From Eledone cirrhosa (Eukaryota), in NCBI GenBank assembly GCA_964016885.1, contig OZ024748.1:13702001-13766000 (forward strand): a DNA stretch of 64,000 nucleotides, written 5' to 3'. A model generated the notes under the pieces. That model was not told where the DNA came from and did no database searches. It was given only the letters and a program-made list of their open reading frames with translations. This document shows, piece by piece, positions 14,985-29,514 of this stretch. Positions within the stretch are counted from its first letter, which is position 1; every line of letters begins with the position of its first letter. Position numbers and translations under genes: made by a program.

Positions 14985-15405
14985 TGCCTATATCTTGTTA
15001 TATGGAAGTGAAACGTGGACGCTTCCATCCAAACAAAAAAAGCACCTTGATGTCATTTACACTCGCCTGCTTCAACGCATTCCGAACATAACCTGGCGAC
15101 ATCTGACTTTGAGTGAGATATATGCCGGCCCCCCACGCATATCTATCGTTGTAAGTAAAAGGAGAGTAAGATTTGCCGGCCAGTGCCATCGTGCCACCGA
15201 TGAGGCTATGTCACCATTAGTGCTTTTGAAACGACAAGCAGTCACTAATAACAGGGGGTGCAAGCTATCCTATCCCGATGTCATCTCCAAAGATTCTGGT
15301 ATAGAAATTCAGGACTTTGCAACGGCAATGAATGAGAGACCAACGTGGAGATCAATTGTTGAGTCCATTTCGACTGAGGCCGCCGGATAATGATGATGAT
15401 GATGA
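14985..15405 (+). mobile_element. RTE-type LINE 3' fragment
   Basis: ILLYGSETWTL...YTRLLQRIPNITWRH...RRVRFAGQCHR...W, then stop and (GAT)n tail. Confidence 0.85.
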
Positions 15406-15627
15406 TATCCTTAAAACATGCAAGTTGACTCCTCTAAGATACCTCCTCATACAGTGCTCAACTTCCTTATACAGTGCTCAACTTCCTTATACACAAGGTC
15501 TTTATTGTCTAAAATACTTTTTTATTTCATCATTAGATGTTATTCTTCAACAATAAATCATCAAAAATTATATTTATATACATATATTATATATTGATTA
15601 TCATTAACCTTATTATATAGAAAAATA

Positions 15628-15710
15628 ATAATTGTTTCTGCTTTTAGCACAAGGTCAGCAATTATCTCAGTGTATTACTGGTACTTTATTTTATCGACCC
15701 CGTAAGGATG
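15628..15710 (-). mobile_element. SINE 3' fragment
   Basis: actggtactttattttatcgaccccgtaaggatga. Confidence 0.8.
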
Positions 15711-16219
15711 AGAAAAAAATGATAATAAGTATATTGTTCTAGAAAAGGGCCTCAAATTTCATATAGCTTAGGCTTTCAGCAGGCGAAAGTGCGGCCCTGA
15801 ACTAAACTTAAACCTGATATATCTGTATAGAAGTGAACTGTAATTTTCATTAGTATCACAAACCCAGACTTGAGAGCAGAACTCGACCGTAGGTCTCACA
15901 GGAAGTTCTGTTATGCAACACATACGCAGTTGTTGGTTGAAGGTGAAATATTTTTTCGTTCTCTACAATACATTTTTCTATATCTCATCAAAATAGAAGT
16001 ATTGCGTCGTACGATGTAAAATGTTTCGTGTTATTAAATTGCATCTTAAATTAAATCGCATAATTTTATTGTTTTAGACATGTTTACTTATAATAATGAA
16101 GTGCATTCTTAGAACCTTCCTGTAATTGGTTCACCTCCGCCATTAATTTTATAAACTTTAGCATGTGAAACACTCCATATAGCTTAACAAGAGATGCTGT
16201 CTACGTTGCATGTCAACTA

Positions 16220-16378
<159 letters not shown>

Positions 16379-16422
16379 GAAATACTGTTGGCCTCTTGCT
16401 CACAATAATTTCTATACTTTTC

Positions 16423-16482
<60 letters not shown>

Positions 16483-16532
16483 GTTATATTTATATATATA
16501 TATATATAAATATATATATATATAAATATAAC

Positions 16533-16594
<62 letters not shown>

Positions 16595-17559
16595 TATATA
16601 TGTATATATATATGCATATATATATATGCATATATATATATATATATATATACATACATACATTTATACATATATGTACGTATATATATATGTATATATA
16701 TATATGCATATATATATACATATATGTACGTATATATGTGTGTGTGTAGGGGGAGGTGTTTGTGTGTGAATGTGTGTGTGGTAATATCTGTGCCTATCTC
16801 TATATGTATGTATCTCAGATTATTTTCGTTAAATTCAATTTTACTTTGGTGTTCGTTTTGGAGGTATAATATACATGCATCCATATATACATACATACAT
16901 ATATATATATGTGTGTGTGTGTGTTGTGTGTGTTAATGTGTCTGTGTGTAGAATTGTGTATGTTTGTGTTGTAGGGCGTGTGTGGTGGCGTGTGTGGGGG
17001 CGTGTATGGAGGCGTGTGTGAAGGAATATATGTGTGTGGTATGTGTGGTGTGAATGTGTTCTGAGTGTGTGTATGGTGTTTGTGCATGAGTGTTTGGTAG
17101 TGTATAGTGAGTGTATGACGGAGAGTGCGTGTGTGTGTGTGTGTGTGGTCTATGCCTCTATGCATGAGTTTATGTATTTGTATATGTATATAATGTTACT
17201 TGTCGCCTACTCTGTCACAATACCATATAATATGATATTTTCATTAATATATTAATATAACTGCAATGAACATACTATAAAACTGTCAAGCTTAAAATTT
17301 CATTATTTCAAGTTTTAATTAATAATAACTTTTCTGTCATTCTAGCACATAATTAAATCCATATAATTCGTATTTTCAAATATATTAACATTACCCATAA
17401 TATTTTAATATATAAATAAACTTGTCAAAATTACAATTTAATTATTGCAGATTTTAAATCGTAGTATTTCTCAATATTTAATTATTTTATAACTATTTGT
17501 ATAATCGTATCTCAGTATGGGTTAACACAATTCGTAATTACTTTCTTCCAATGAAAGAA

Positions 17560-17975
17560 TAAGGTGGCGAATTGGCGAAGTCGGTAGAACATCGAATAGA
17601 ACTCTTTGCGCTTTGCGTTCCGTTTTTCTGATATCAAATCTTTGATATCAAATCCCGCCAAAGTCAACTTTATTAATTCAAATTCGATAAAATAAAGTAC
17701 TGGGATCGATAAATCATCTTTCCCTCAATCCTTTTAACATTGTTGGCGTTTTTCCTAAATTGTAAATGAATCCCAGTACCATATCAGTACCAGTAATATA
17801 CTATTTATGCTGTAATATTTAGTACCAGTAAGGCGATGAATTGGCAGAGTCGTTAGAACGTTTTGTGGTGTTCCATCTCTTTGCTCCGTGAGTTCAAATC
17901 CCGCTGAAGTCATTATCCGTTGAAGGTTGATACAAAATGTACCAGTCAAGTAAAGGGATTACCAGTCAAGTAAAG
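17560..17975 (+). mobile_element. Two degenerate SINE copies
   Basis: ggcgaattggcgaagtcggtag...tcaaatcccgcc...gataaaataaagtac and ttggcagagtcgttag...gagttcaaatcccgc...gatacaaaatgtaccag. Confidence 0.7.
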
Positions 17976-18039
17976 GGATTAGTTTTTTTCCCTCTATATC
18001 GCTTTCTCACTTCATCTCTCTCTCTTTATATACTTCACT

Positions 18040-18285
18040 GGCAGAAATCTGACCTGGTGGGGAGAAGGACTCCACCAAGGTTTAATAAATGACCTAGAAC
18101 CTCTGTATATCAATACGGTGTCCGGAATGACTCTCTCAATTGGAGAGGGCTTCCACACAGAACCCGCAGGAAGGTGTGTTTGAGGAATCTGCCCTCACGA
18201 CGCTCTCGGGAAGAAGAAGAAGAAGAAGAAGAAGAAGAAGAAGAAGAAGAAGAAGAAGAAGAAGAAGAAGAAGAAGAAGAAGAAG
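18040..18285 (+). mobile_element. Probable LINE 3' end with (GAA)n tail
   Basis: GC-richer unique segment running directly into a pure (GAA)n tract. Confidence 0.4.
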
Positions 18286-18525
18286 GAATATGTGGAGGAG
18301 GAGGAGGGGTAGGAGAACGAGAGAAGATAAAGAATAAGTAGAGGAGGAAGGAGAGGAATGAGAAGAAGAAGAATTTAATTGTTGCAGATTTTAAGCTGGA
18401 GTACTTATAAATAGTTTATTAGTTTAACACTATTTCTGTCTCGTATGTATAAACGCATCTCGGTATAGGTTAACAAAATTCGGAATTATTTTCTTCCAAA
18501 CGAACGAATACATTATATATATATA

Positions 18526-18586
<61 letters not shown>

Positions 18587-19199
18587 GAGCTGAAATGATA
18601 TTGTATTAAAATGACATGATATTATTAGTAAGGGCTTTCGCAAATCGGTTATAGTGAATTGAATATTTAATTCTGTCTTAGAAGTTAGTTTGATTATATA
18701 AACTATTGATGTGTTAACAATACATGTTTTTGATGTTATACTATATAATAAGCCTAGAGCTTCTAGCAATAATATTGGTATTAACGTATTTGTGTCTAAC
18801 CATATACGTACGTGTGTTTGTGTGTGTATATGTGTATGAGTATATATGTGTGTGTGTTTGTGCGTGTGTTTGTCTATGGTATATATCTGTCTGTTTTTGT
18901 AACGTTGAACTGTTCTTTCGAAAGAAAAAAACACAAGACTTGCTACTTATCTCTATATCCAGTGGGTACACGTATGCTTATGTATTGTGTTTATGCTTGT
19001 ACGTGTGTTTATGTGTGTATGTGTGCATATGCGTACGTGTGTGTTACGGTGAGTGTGTGCGCGTGTGTGTGTCTCGTGAGGGGTGTCTCTGTCTGCGTTT
19101 ATTATGTTGAAGTTTTCGGCCGAAAGAAAAAACTAATACCGTTGTTATATATCGTTATATTTAGTAACTTAGTGGTTCAGAAAATAGAGATCTCTGCAC

Positions 19200-19325
19200 A
19201 AGTATTAGACGAACGAAACAAATAACGTATTTGGCTCGTTATAACAGACAATAGGCCTGAAGGACGAATCTAACAGTCCCAGTATGGCCGCATTCAAATG
19301 ATTAAAACCAGTGAAACAATAGAGA
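19200..19325 (+). mobile_element. Degenerate SINE 3' tail (second family)
   Basis: cccagtatggccgcattcaaatgattaaaaccagtgaaac resembles a common octopus SINE tail (from memory). Confidence 0.4.
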
Positions 19326-19854
19326 ATATATACGAGTGATATCTATATTACACAGTCACATACACGAACATTATTTATGATGAAACAGACACTGTTAGAG
19401 AGCCATTAGTCATTCTAGCACATAAACATATTGATCCTTTGCAGAATAATTCGCTATTACGACAATGTTTCCACTATATTAGCAAGGAAGTAGACAGCTC
19501 ATTATATTAGTAAAATTATTACATTTCTGAAACAAAATGGCGCTTTTTGTTTGTAAATTCATTTACGTTGTACGACTGTTTATAGATTGAAGACTAATTT
19601 AGATTCTGATGTCCCTTATGTTTGCAGCAATGTTTTCCCCGTGGTTAGAAATATCAATAAAAATGAACAACGTCTATGTTTTGCTACTAAATCCCACCCC
19701 TTCAATCTACAGATCTAAACACACTTCCATACATACATCATATTTGAGTGTGTGTGTGTGTCTTTGTGAAAGATGAGGTATATATATATACATATATACA
19801 TAAATATATATATACACCTACAATATATATATATGTGTATAGATACAAACACAC

Positions 19855-19921
<67 letters not shown>

Positions 19922-20316
19922 GGTGTGTGTATATACATATATATATATATATGCATACATATTTGTGTATGTGTGGATATACATTTATATATATGTATTC
20001 GATTGCATATGTCAAAGATTTTACTGTTTGTTTTGTAATCTACATTGGCAAAAACATTTATATATATTTTGCTAAAACAATATTTGTATTTGTAGCAGTT
20101 TATTTTTTCTGTAAGACAGAAATTAGCATTCGTGTTGTTGAGTGGAAAGTGCCGTCTTTGCATATATATATGTATATATATGTATGCATAAATATACATA
20201 TACATATATATGTATGTATGTATATACATATATATATACATGTATATATATATATATTTATGTATAAATATGTGTATATATATATATATATGTGTGTGTG
20301 TGTAGGTTCACACACA

Positions 20317-20462
<146 letters not shown>

Positions 20463-21065
20463 CTTATACATATACATATATATAATATATATAGATATAT
20501 ATGTATGTATACGTACATACATATATGTATACAGACGTACAGTAGTATGTATATATATACATACATGCACACATATATATATGCACGTATCGGTTTACCG
20601 AACATTTATTATAATGGTCAGTTTGTTTGTTTGTAAACAAACAAACAACCCGAATTACGCCGTACAGTGTTTAGGCAACCACGTCACCTTTTTGTTCAAC
20701 ACTGACACAGGAACGATGTACTAGTTTCAAGCTTATTAACTATCGTCAGCATCGTATAACTTCCTGCCAGATGGTTGAACGTCTGAAAGTATATACTTTC
20801 CTTATACATATTAAAGGCTGAGCAGCCTAATTTGCATATCGAGTGAGTTCATTCGGCCGGGCACACGGAAAACGATAAATGGAATAGAAATGAATCGGTA
20901 AACCAATACGTGCATATATATAAATGTGTGTGCATGTATGTATATATATACATACTACTGTACGTCTCTATACATATACATATGTACGTATACATACATA
21001 CATTGTTACATTTTAGTAAGTGCCGTACTAAGAGTGAGAAATGAAATTTCGTTTCATTCTATTCC

Positions 21066-21134
<69 letters not shown>

Positions 21135-21169
21135 ACTATATCTATACATAAATATATATATACATATAC

Positions 21170-21450
21170 TGAGGATGAAACACTCAGAGCTGTATGGGAG
21201 CCTCCCAAAAGTCAGCTCAAAAGTGACACATAGGAGACTGAGGTTAGCTGGACATGTTCACCGACATCCAGAGATGACATTGCTTTCAATGCTCCTGTGG
21301 GAGCCCCTACAAAGACACACTGGAAGAGGAAGAACAAGGTTAACGTATGTTGATGCCCTAAGGACAGACACTGGTCTGTTGGAGGAGCAGGACATGGCAG
21401 CGATAATGAGGCACAGCGACCGATGGAGAGAATTGAGATGAACTGCGAGA
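21170..21450 (+). mobile_element. RTE-type LINE 3' fragment
   Basis: LYGSLPKVSSKVTHRRLRLAGHVHRH...LLWEP...GRTRLTYVDALRTDTGL...RWR. Confidence 0.85.
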
Positions 21451-22038
21451 CCGGTAATAAATATATATTTAAACAAAAAAAGACTCCATTTGCATTTTCG
21501 ATTTCATCTTTTTTCCTTATATGTATATAATTATATACATTTCAATATTACCAACACAGACATACATTTAGACAAAATGTTTCACGTTCGTTGGAAAACA
21601 GAATGGAATGTCTCAACTTATCAGATATTAGTCCTTCATCAGCGGGAGAGTAAAGTTGGTAGAAAGAGAAAGTTGGAATATGGAAGTTAAAGGCAATAAT
21701 CGCATTTATAGCTAAACTTTTCATGAGGCTATGAAATTTACAATTTCTATCAGTTTCTGATCAGTTTCATATCAATGGAGATTCATTAGTAAAAGAAAAT
21801 GTATAATCTTCCTATGTATTGTGTTTTCTTTATCTGAAACCATGTCGCCTCCCATAATATTATATTCGTGTATCTGGCTCTTTGTTCAATGTTTTATGTA
21901 TATATGAATGTAAGCATGCATGTATTTGTGTGCATGTATGTATGCATATGCGTATATTGTATGTGTGAATGATGTATGTATGTATGCAAAACGTAAACAC
22001 AAATAAAGAAAACAAAAGACACAGTGCAATGTAGAAAT

Positions 22039-22091
<53 letters not shown>

Positions 22092-22268
22092 TATACATAC
22101 ATACATATACATATATATATAAAAGAGATGTAATTGAATTTGTATGAACTAATTTCTTTTCGTTGTGTACTATACATTTGCGTGTATATATCTATTAAAA
22201 AGCAATAGATTCATCGTCAACCACTTATTATAATTTCACATACTTACATTCACACTCACACACACACA

Positions 22269-22431
<163 letters not shown>

Positions 22432-22446
22432 TTATATATATATATT

Positions 22447-22481
<35 letters not shown>

Positions 22482-22624
22482 TTATATATATATATAAATG
22501 AATATATATGATATAATTTAGTATATTTATATAAAATATAAATGAATACATATAAATGAATATATTATAGTATATGAATATATTTATGTATATATATATA
22601 TATATATATATATAAATTTATACA

Positions 22625-22673
<49 letters not shown>

Positions 22674-23989
22674 TTTGCAAAGAAAACACAGAACCTATAC
22701 TCCATAGAATTGATTACGAGATTATACAAAAAGCAAATCAAAAACAAAAACAAAAACAAATCAAGCTGAGCTAGGCAATTCTAATTCCGGACAAACTTTG
22801 GGATGGAAAAAGAACAGCGATAAATCAACGTGACAAACTAAAATTGGAAGCAAAGGAGAAATACAATATTGGAGTGCGACGGTGCGATTTAAATTTTTAC
22901 AAACTCTTCTGAAAGTAATGTAATTACAAGGTGTAGAAACAAAACCCCTAAGAAAACTCATAGAAAACACAGGGGAACTGTGGAGGAGAGTAGATATAGA
23001 TTGGGACTTCGAAGAAAAAATAAAGCAAGATGAAAGGAAAGCAGAGAATGAGAATGTCAAAGAAAATTAGATATAATCTAATGAAATGAATGATTCATTT
23101 CTCAAAGAGTGAGTATGAAGCGTTTCTTTCTTCAATGTATTATTAGGTGAGATTGAAATAATATTAGGTAGAGAATTTATAAAGGAAGAAATTATTCTTA
23201 ATATCTATGTGAAAAAGCATGTCTCTATATATGTTCGCATGTGTGTATGTGTTTCAGTTTATATATTTGTCTGTATATGTATGTATGTATGTGTTTCAAT
23301 TTATATATTTGTCTGCATATATATATATATATGAATGCATGTATGTATGGATAGATAGATAGATAAACTGACAGATAGATAGATAGACAGATAGATAGAT
23401 ATATATATAGAGATAGATAGATAAACAGAGAGATAAAGTGATAGATACACTTATAAGCGTTACATTTTTTAAAAGAAATTAAAGTATAAAAAGAGAAAAA
23501 AATTTCTGACTGAAGAAACAATTGATGATGATAGAAAATCAAGATGACAGAATTATGAGAATGCCAACAAGAAATCTAGAACAAAGAAAATATGTCTATT
23601 ATCATGTAGATAATGAAAGCCATGTCTCTAATTGAGAGAATATAATACGGAAATATAATGAATGAAAGTATTACTATAATTATTTATAAGAGACCATGTT
23701 GGAAAATATCAGACCCTAGCAATATAACGAGGGTAAATGAAAATCGCTGCACGTTATATGCGACATGAAATACAATATTATTAAGCATGAAAACAAATAA
23801 GTAATGTAAATGTAGAGGAAAAAATAAGAAAATTTGGGAGAAAAACATAACGTAAAATGGCGCTTTTTAACTTTGTGTAGAATCATTTCTAGGGTATTAT
23901 TTTAATGAAAAGAAAAATATATCTTCGATAAAATTGTTATCTCACACAAAACAACTGGCAATGTTTCATTATAATTATTTGTTGAAGTA

Positions 23990-25146
23990 GGGCAGTGGAT
24001 AGGTAGTATCGGTAGAGCGTCGGAAAACATGCTTTGTGGCATATAGTTAAAACCCTTTATTGTTTGAGTTCAAATACCATCGGGGTTAGCTAGGATTTTC
24101 ATCCTTTCGGGGTCGATAAAATGAAGTACCAGTAATGCACTGGTGTTCGATTTAATCGGCTTTCACATTCCCCAAAATCTTTCGCCTTGTGCCACACCAG
24201 AAATTATTATTATAACTGGATTGGCAGTATCGGTAAAGGGTCGGACGCCATGCTTTTCAGCATAGTTACGTCCCTTTACAATCTGAGTTCAAATCCCGCC
24301 GAGGTTGACTTTGCCTTTCATCCTTACGGGGTCGATAAAATAAAGTACCAGTAATGCACTGGGTAATTGTTGGCCTTGTGCCTAAAGAAGAAACAATTAT
24401 TATAATCCCTATCTAAAACAAAAACAGGCCAATTATCCACTTCATCTATCAACCCATCAATACGTTACTGATACTTTATTTTATCGACCCCCGTAATGAT
24501 TGAAAGGCACAACTAACCTTCGTGGGATTTGAACTCAGTACACAAAGGGACGATGATAATTGTTTCTACTATTGGCACAAGGCTAGAAATTACCCAGTAC
24601 ATTACTGGTACTTTATTTTATCGACCCCGTAAGGATGAAAGGCAAAGTTAACCTCGGCGCGACGATGATAATGCTCTCTTATATAGGCAGAAGGCCAGCA
24701 ATTTTGGAGGAGGGGAATGTCAATTTAATCGACCCCAGTGCATGACTGGTACTTTATTTTATTCAACCTGTAAGGATGAATGAAAGGCAAAGTTAAGCTG
24801 GGTGGGATTTGAATGGATTTGCAGCATATAGTTACGACCCTTTATGATCTGAGTTCAAATCCCGCCGAGGTTATCTTTGCCTTTCATTCTTACGGGGTGA
24901 ATAAAATAAAGTACCAGTCACACACTGGCGTTAATTAAATCGACATTCACCTCCCCCCAAAATTGCTGGCCTTGTGCCTATATAAGAAACCATTATTATC
25001 GTCCCTTTGTGTACTGAGTTCAAATTCCACCAATGTTAACTGTGCCTATACTAGAAACCATTATATAGTCCTTACGGGGTCGATACAATAAATACCAGTA
25101 ATGCACTGGGGCCATTGCTGGCCTTGTGCCAAAAGAAGTACAATTA
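23990..25146. mobile_element. Cluster of ~7 SINE copies in both orientations
   Basis: + copies at ~23990-24210, 24216-24405, 24815-25000, 25000-25146; - copies at ~24440-24550, 24555-24660, 24665-24812. Confidence 0.9.
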
Positions 25147-25259
25147 TATAGTGTTGTTGTTTTATAGTTTGTGGTGGTGATGTTGTTGGTGGTGGTGCTG
25201 TTGTTGGTGGTGGTGGTATCAGTGTTTTTGGAGGGCATGGAGATACTGGTGTTCGAGGT

Positions 25260-26395
25260 GGTGGTAGTGCTTCCTGTAGTGGTGGTAGTGCTGGTATTAT
25301 TGGTGGTGGCGGTGGTAGTGTATGCGGTGGTGGTAGTGCTGGTATTATTGGTGGTGGCGGTGGTAGTGTATGCGGTGGTAGTGTATGCGGTGGTGGTAGT
25401 GCTAGTATTATTGGTGGTGGCGGTGGTAGTGCTAGTATTATTGGTGGTGGCGGTGGTAGTGCTAGTATTATTGGTGGTGGCGGTGGTAGTGCTAGTATTA
25501 TTGGTGGTGGCGGTGGTAGTGCTAGTATTATTGGTGGTGGCGGTGGTAGTGCTAGTATTATTGGTGGTGGCGGTGGTAGTGTATGCGGTGGTGGTAGTGC
25601 TGGTATCATTGGTGGTGGCGGTGGTAGTGTATGCGGTGGTGGTAGTGCTGGTATTATTGGTGGTGGCGGTGGTAGTGTATGCGGTGGTGGTAGTGCTGGT
25701 ATTATTGGTGGTGGCGGTGGTAGTGCTGGTATTATTGGTGGTGGCGGTGGTAGTGCTAGTATTATTGGTGGTGGCGGTGGTAGTGTATGCGGTGGTGGTA
25801 GTGCTGGTATTATTGGTGGTGGTGGTGGTAGTGCTAGTATTATTGGTGGTGGCGGTGGTAGTGCTAGTATTATTGGTGGTGGCGGTGGTAGTGCTGGTAT
25901 TATTGGTGGTGGTGGTGGTAGTATATGCGGTGGTGGTAGTGCTAGTATTATTGGTGGTGGCGGTGGTAGTGCTAGTATTATTGGTGGTGGCGGTGGTAGT
26001 GCTAGTATTATTGGTGGTGGCGGTGGTAGTGCTAGTATTATTGGTGGTGGCGGTGGTAGTGCTGGTATTATTGGTGGTGGCGGTGGTAGTGTATGCGGTG
26101 GTGGTAGTGCTGGTGTTATTGGTGGTGGTGGTGGTAGTATATGCGGTGGTGGTAGTGCTGGTATTATTGGTGGTGGCGGTGGTAGTGTATGCGGTGGTGG
26201 TAGTGCTGGTATTATTGGTGGTGGCGGTGGTAGTGTATGCGGTGGTGGTAGTGCTGGTATTATTGGTGGTGGCGGTGGTAGTGTATGCGGTGGTGGTAGT
26301 GCTGGTATTATTGGTGGTGGCGGTGGTAGTGTATGCGGTGGTGGTAGTGCTGGTATTATTGGTGGTGGCGGTGGTAGTGTATGCGGTGGTGGTAT
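25260..26395. repeat. GGT-rich minisatellite of 30 bp and 48 bp (30+18) units
   Basis: gtgct(a/g)gtattattggtggtggcggtggta with or without gtgtatgcggtggtggta; units are multiples of 3, so several frames stay open. Confidence 0.95.
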
Positions 26396-26914
26396 TGATA
26401 TTGATGTTTGTGGGGGTGGCCTTAGTAATGGTTGTTCCCATCCTGGCAGAGTTTTCGGTAGTGGCGTTAGTATGTGTGGCGTAGTGCTGGTAGTATTGGT
26501 GGTGCTGGTGTTAGTGTTTGTAGTGGTGGTAGGGGTGGAAATGTTTGTGCTCATACTGTTCGTATGGATGCTGCTGCTGTTGCTGCAGCTGTTGCTGCAG
26601 CTGTGGTTGCTGTTGATGTTTAGGCAACAAATTAAGAATGGCTGAGATATCTCATATCGTTGTATCATCTCCAGAGGAAACGATAATGGATGACTTTATC
26701 ATTAGCAATCTTCCTGATTGGTTATATAATTAGACGAACTAACTAAATAATTATGCAACAATCTAAATATATGCAGTATACATTCCTGGCTTTATTGTTA
26801 ACGATATTCATATGAGATCTAATCGTATAGAGAATGGAAAATGTCTAAAAACAAAAAAAAAAAAAAAAATGTAAAGGAGCTGGGCGTTAGGTTGGTCCAA
26901 GGCAACATATACAC

Positions 26915-27040
<126 letters not shown>

Positions 27041-27175
27041 TAAAAAAGAGAGAGCGGGGGGAGAATGGTAGATCATTATTTATGGGAGTACTCAAAGCCA
27101 GAGCTGATGCAGAGTGGGTATAGAGGGGATATATAATCTCTCTCTCTCTCTCTCATCTCTCCCCCTCCCTCTCTC

Positions 27176-27216
<41 letters not shown>

Positions 27217-27323
27217 AACAAGGGAAGAGGAATACTGCGTGGTTGCACATGGGTTACATATTATAAAATTAGTCCCTCATCAGTGATTTGCCAACCATCA
27301 TTGGTATTTCATCGCATTAAAAA

Positions 27324-27392
<69 letters not shown>

Positions 27393-27688
27393 CAATATCG
27401 AAGAAAGCTTTTTAGCGATACTCCGGCCAAATTCCAACTCACTCAACAAAAATTAGGAAATAAGTAATTATATTCCTAATTATGCGTTCGGGGTGCTAAC
27501 TAAAAGTATTGCGTGGAAAATTGGCTGTATTATTTCATATGAGACATATCGAATATATCTCTTCCCAGACGGACGTCTCGTTTCATTATAGGATTCCTAC
27601 AATTTGGGTTAAATTATACCAATTTATGTAGGAGCTTGTATACCATCAATAGATATATATTCAAGTGGGCTCCTATAATTCATCAGTG

Positions 27689-27744
<56 letters not shown>

Positions 27745-27852
27745 TAAACGGAATAGAAAATGCTGACAAATTGTTCACAGTTGAAAAATGGTTTAATTAG
27801 GAATAAAAGAGTATTAGTGATTGTATGGGTTAGTATTCAGTTGTGGTTTTAA

Positions 27853-27904
<52 letters not shown>

Positions 27905-27940
27905 ATATAAGATCAAAAGATGGTTAAAGGAGTTCCATGT

Positions 27941-28009
27941 ATTTTATTATGCGCATTTCAAAAACAAACATCATCATGCAATAATATTTGTGTTTTCATC
28001 AGATAAAAC
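27941..28009 (-). ncRNA. Type I hammerhead ribozyme motif, family D
   Basis: gttttat-CTGATGA-aaacacaaatatt...gatgtttgttttt-GAAA-tgcgc-ATA-ataaaat; stem III palindrome ATGCGCAT; within a short (TA)n-flanked element ~27905-28065. Confidence 0.8.
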
Positions 28010-28260
28010 AGGAGAACATGATATGAAGGTTAAAAAAACACTTGTGGATAGTGCAGTTTTAAATCAACATATATGTATATATATATATATATTGTTATAT
28101 TTAGGGACGGTCATTTTGTTATAATATTGCAAGAAATAATGATAGTACACACTCACTGATTGGTTTTGGTTTGGTTTCGCTTCTGTATCTTTTATATCTC
28201 CATAGTTAAATCATTTGGCCATCAATGTTTATCACTGATTAACCAATGGTTAAAAATTCA

Positions 28261-28292
<32 letters not shown>

Positions 28293-28629
28293 GTCCATCA
28301 AAGTTGTCGTCACACACCTGTGGCACTATTATGTTTCCTTCCGTTGTATTGTAATGCCTACGCCATATATATATAATTTGTCACCAATATACAAAATATC
28401 TCAATGAAAGGATCGCTAAAATATGTAATTCGGAGACGTTGTATAAGCTACTATATATATATATATATATATATAAATATCCACAGGTGTGTATGATTGT
28501 GTATAGAAGATTATATTAATAAAAGGAATTCCAAGTTTGTCTGATTTACTCGCTCTATATATATATGTATTTATATATATATATTTACTCGTTTTATATA
28601 TATATATGTATTATATATATATATATATA

Positions 28630-28712
<83 letters not shown>

Positions 28713-29072
28713 TATATATGAAAATAATCTGCATGTATATGAATTTACGTGTAATTACTTGTGTAAGCATGAATATGTATATAAGTATATTTTAGAGAAT
28801 TTTAGAAAAAAGAAAATTTCCTTTACGTATATATCTACAGGCGAATTCTTACGTGTGACAAAGACATAAACAGAAACATCAAGAATAAAATCAAACATAT
28901 CAAGGTGTTATTTACTTTTATATTCATAATGTCAGAATGGGTAAAATTTATTACGAAACAATGTCTCGGAATATTAGCATAGAAATATGATTCATACAGA
29001 AACCTATCGAACAATACAATGCCTTAGGTATAGTTAAACAGAAATACTGGCATTGTATTTTAGTAAACACTT

Positions 29073-29153
<81 letters not shown>

Positions 29154-29514
29154 CAATGTATATATATATAAGGAAGCGGTGAGCAGAGTTTCTGAATTTT
29201 AAAACTATGTTAGTTTAAAATAAGTTACTTCTCAATAGGTTATTAGACTAAGAAAGTGTGCTCAAAATATTTGGGCATAAAATTCCTTAGAGATGGTAAA
29301 TATAGACGTTATCACCTGAAGAAATCCAACTAGGGCCGGCCTTATGCCGGACTGCGGCGTTACCATTATGCTAATATATATATATAATATATATAATCCC
29401 AGGACTTTTGGCCCCTGTTAGAGGAACCCCTCCATGGATGATTCCACCGCTTTCTGCATGGTTTTGGGCATGTCAGTGGTGTAGACCTACTCACCACGCT
29501 TCGTTAATTGCGGG

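Noticed and set aside
25260-26395. CRISPR-like array
   Set aside because: No unique spacers; eukaryotic tandem repeat with no cas genes
25020-26668. Mucin-like Thr-rich and extensin-like Pro-rich minus-strand ORFs
   Set aside because: Products of a 30/48 bp minisatellite; their C-termini run into a SINE
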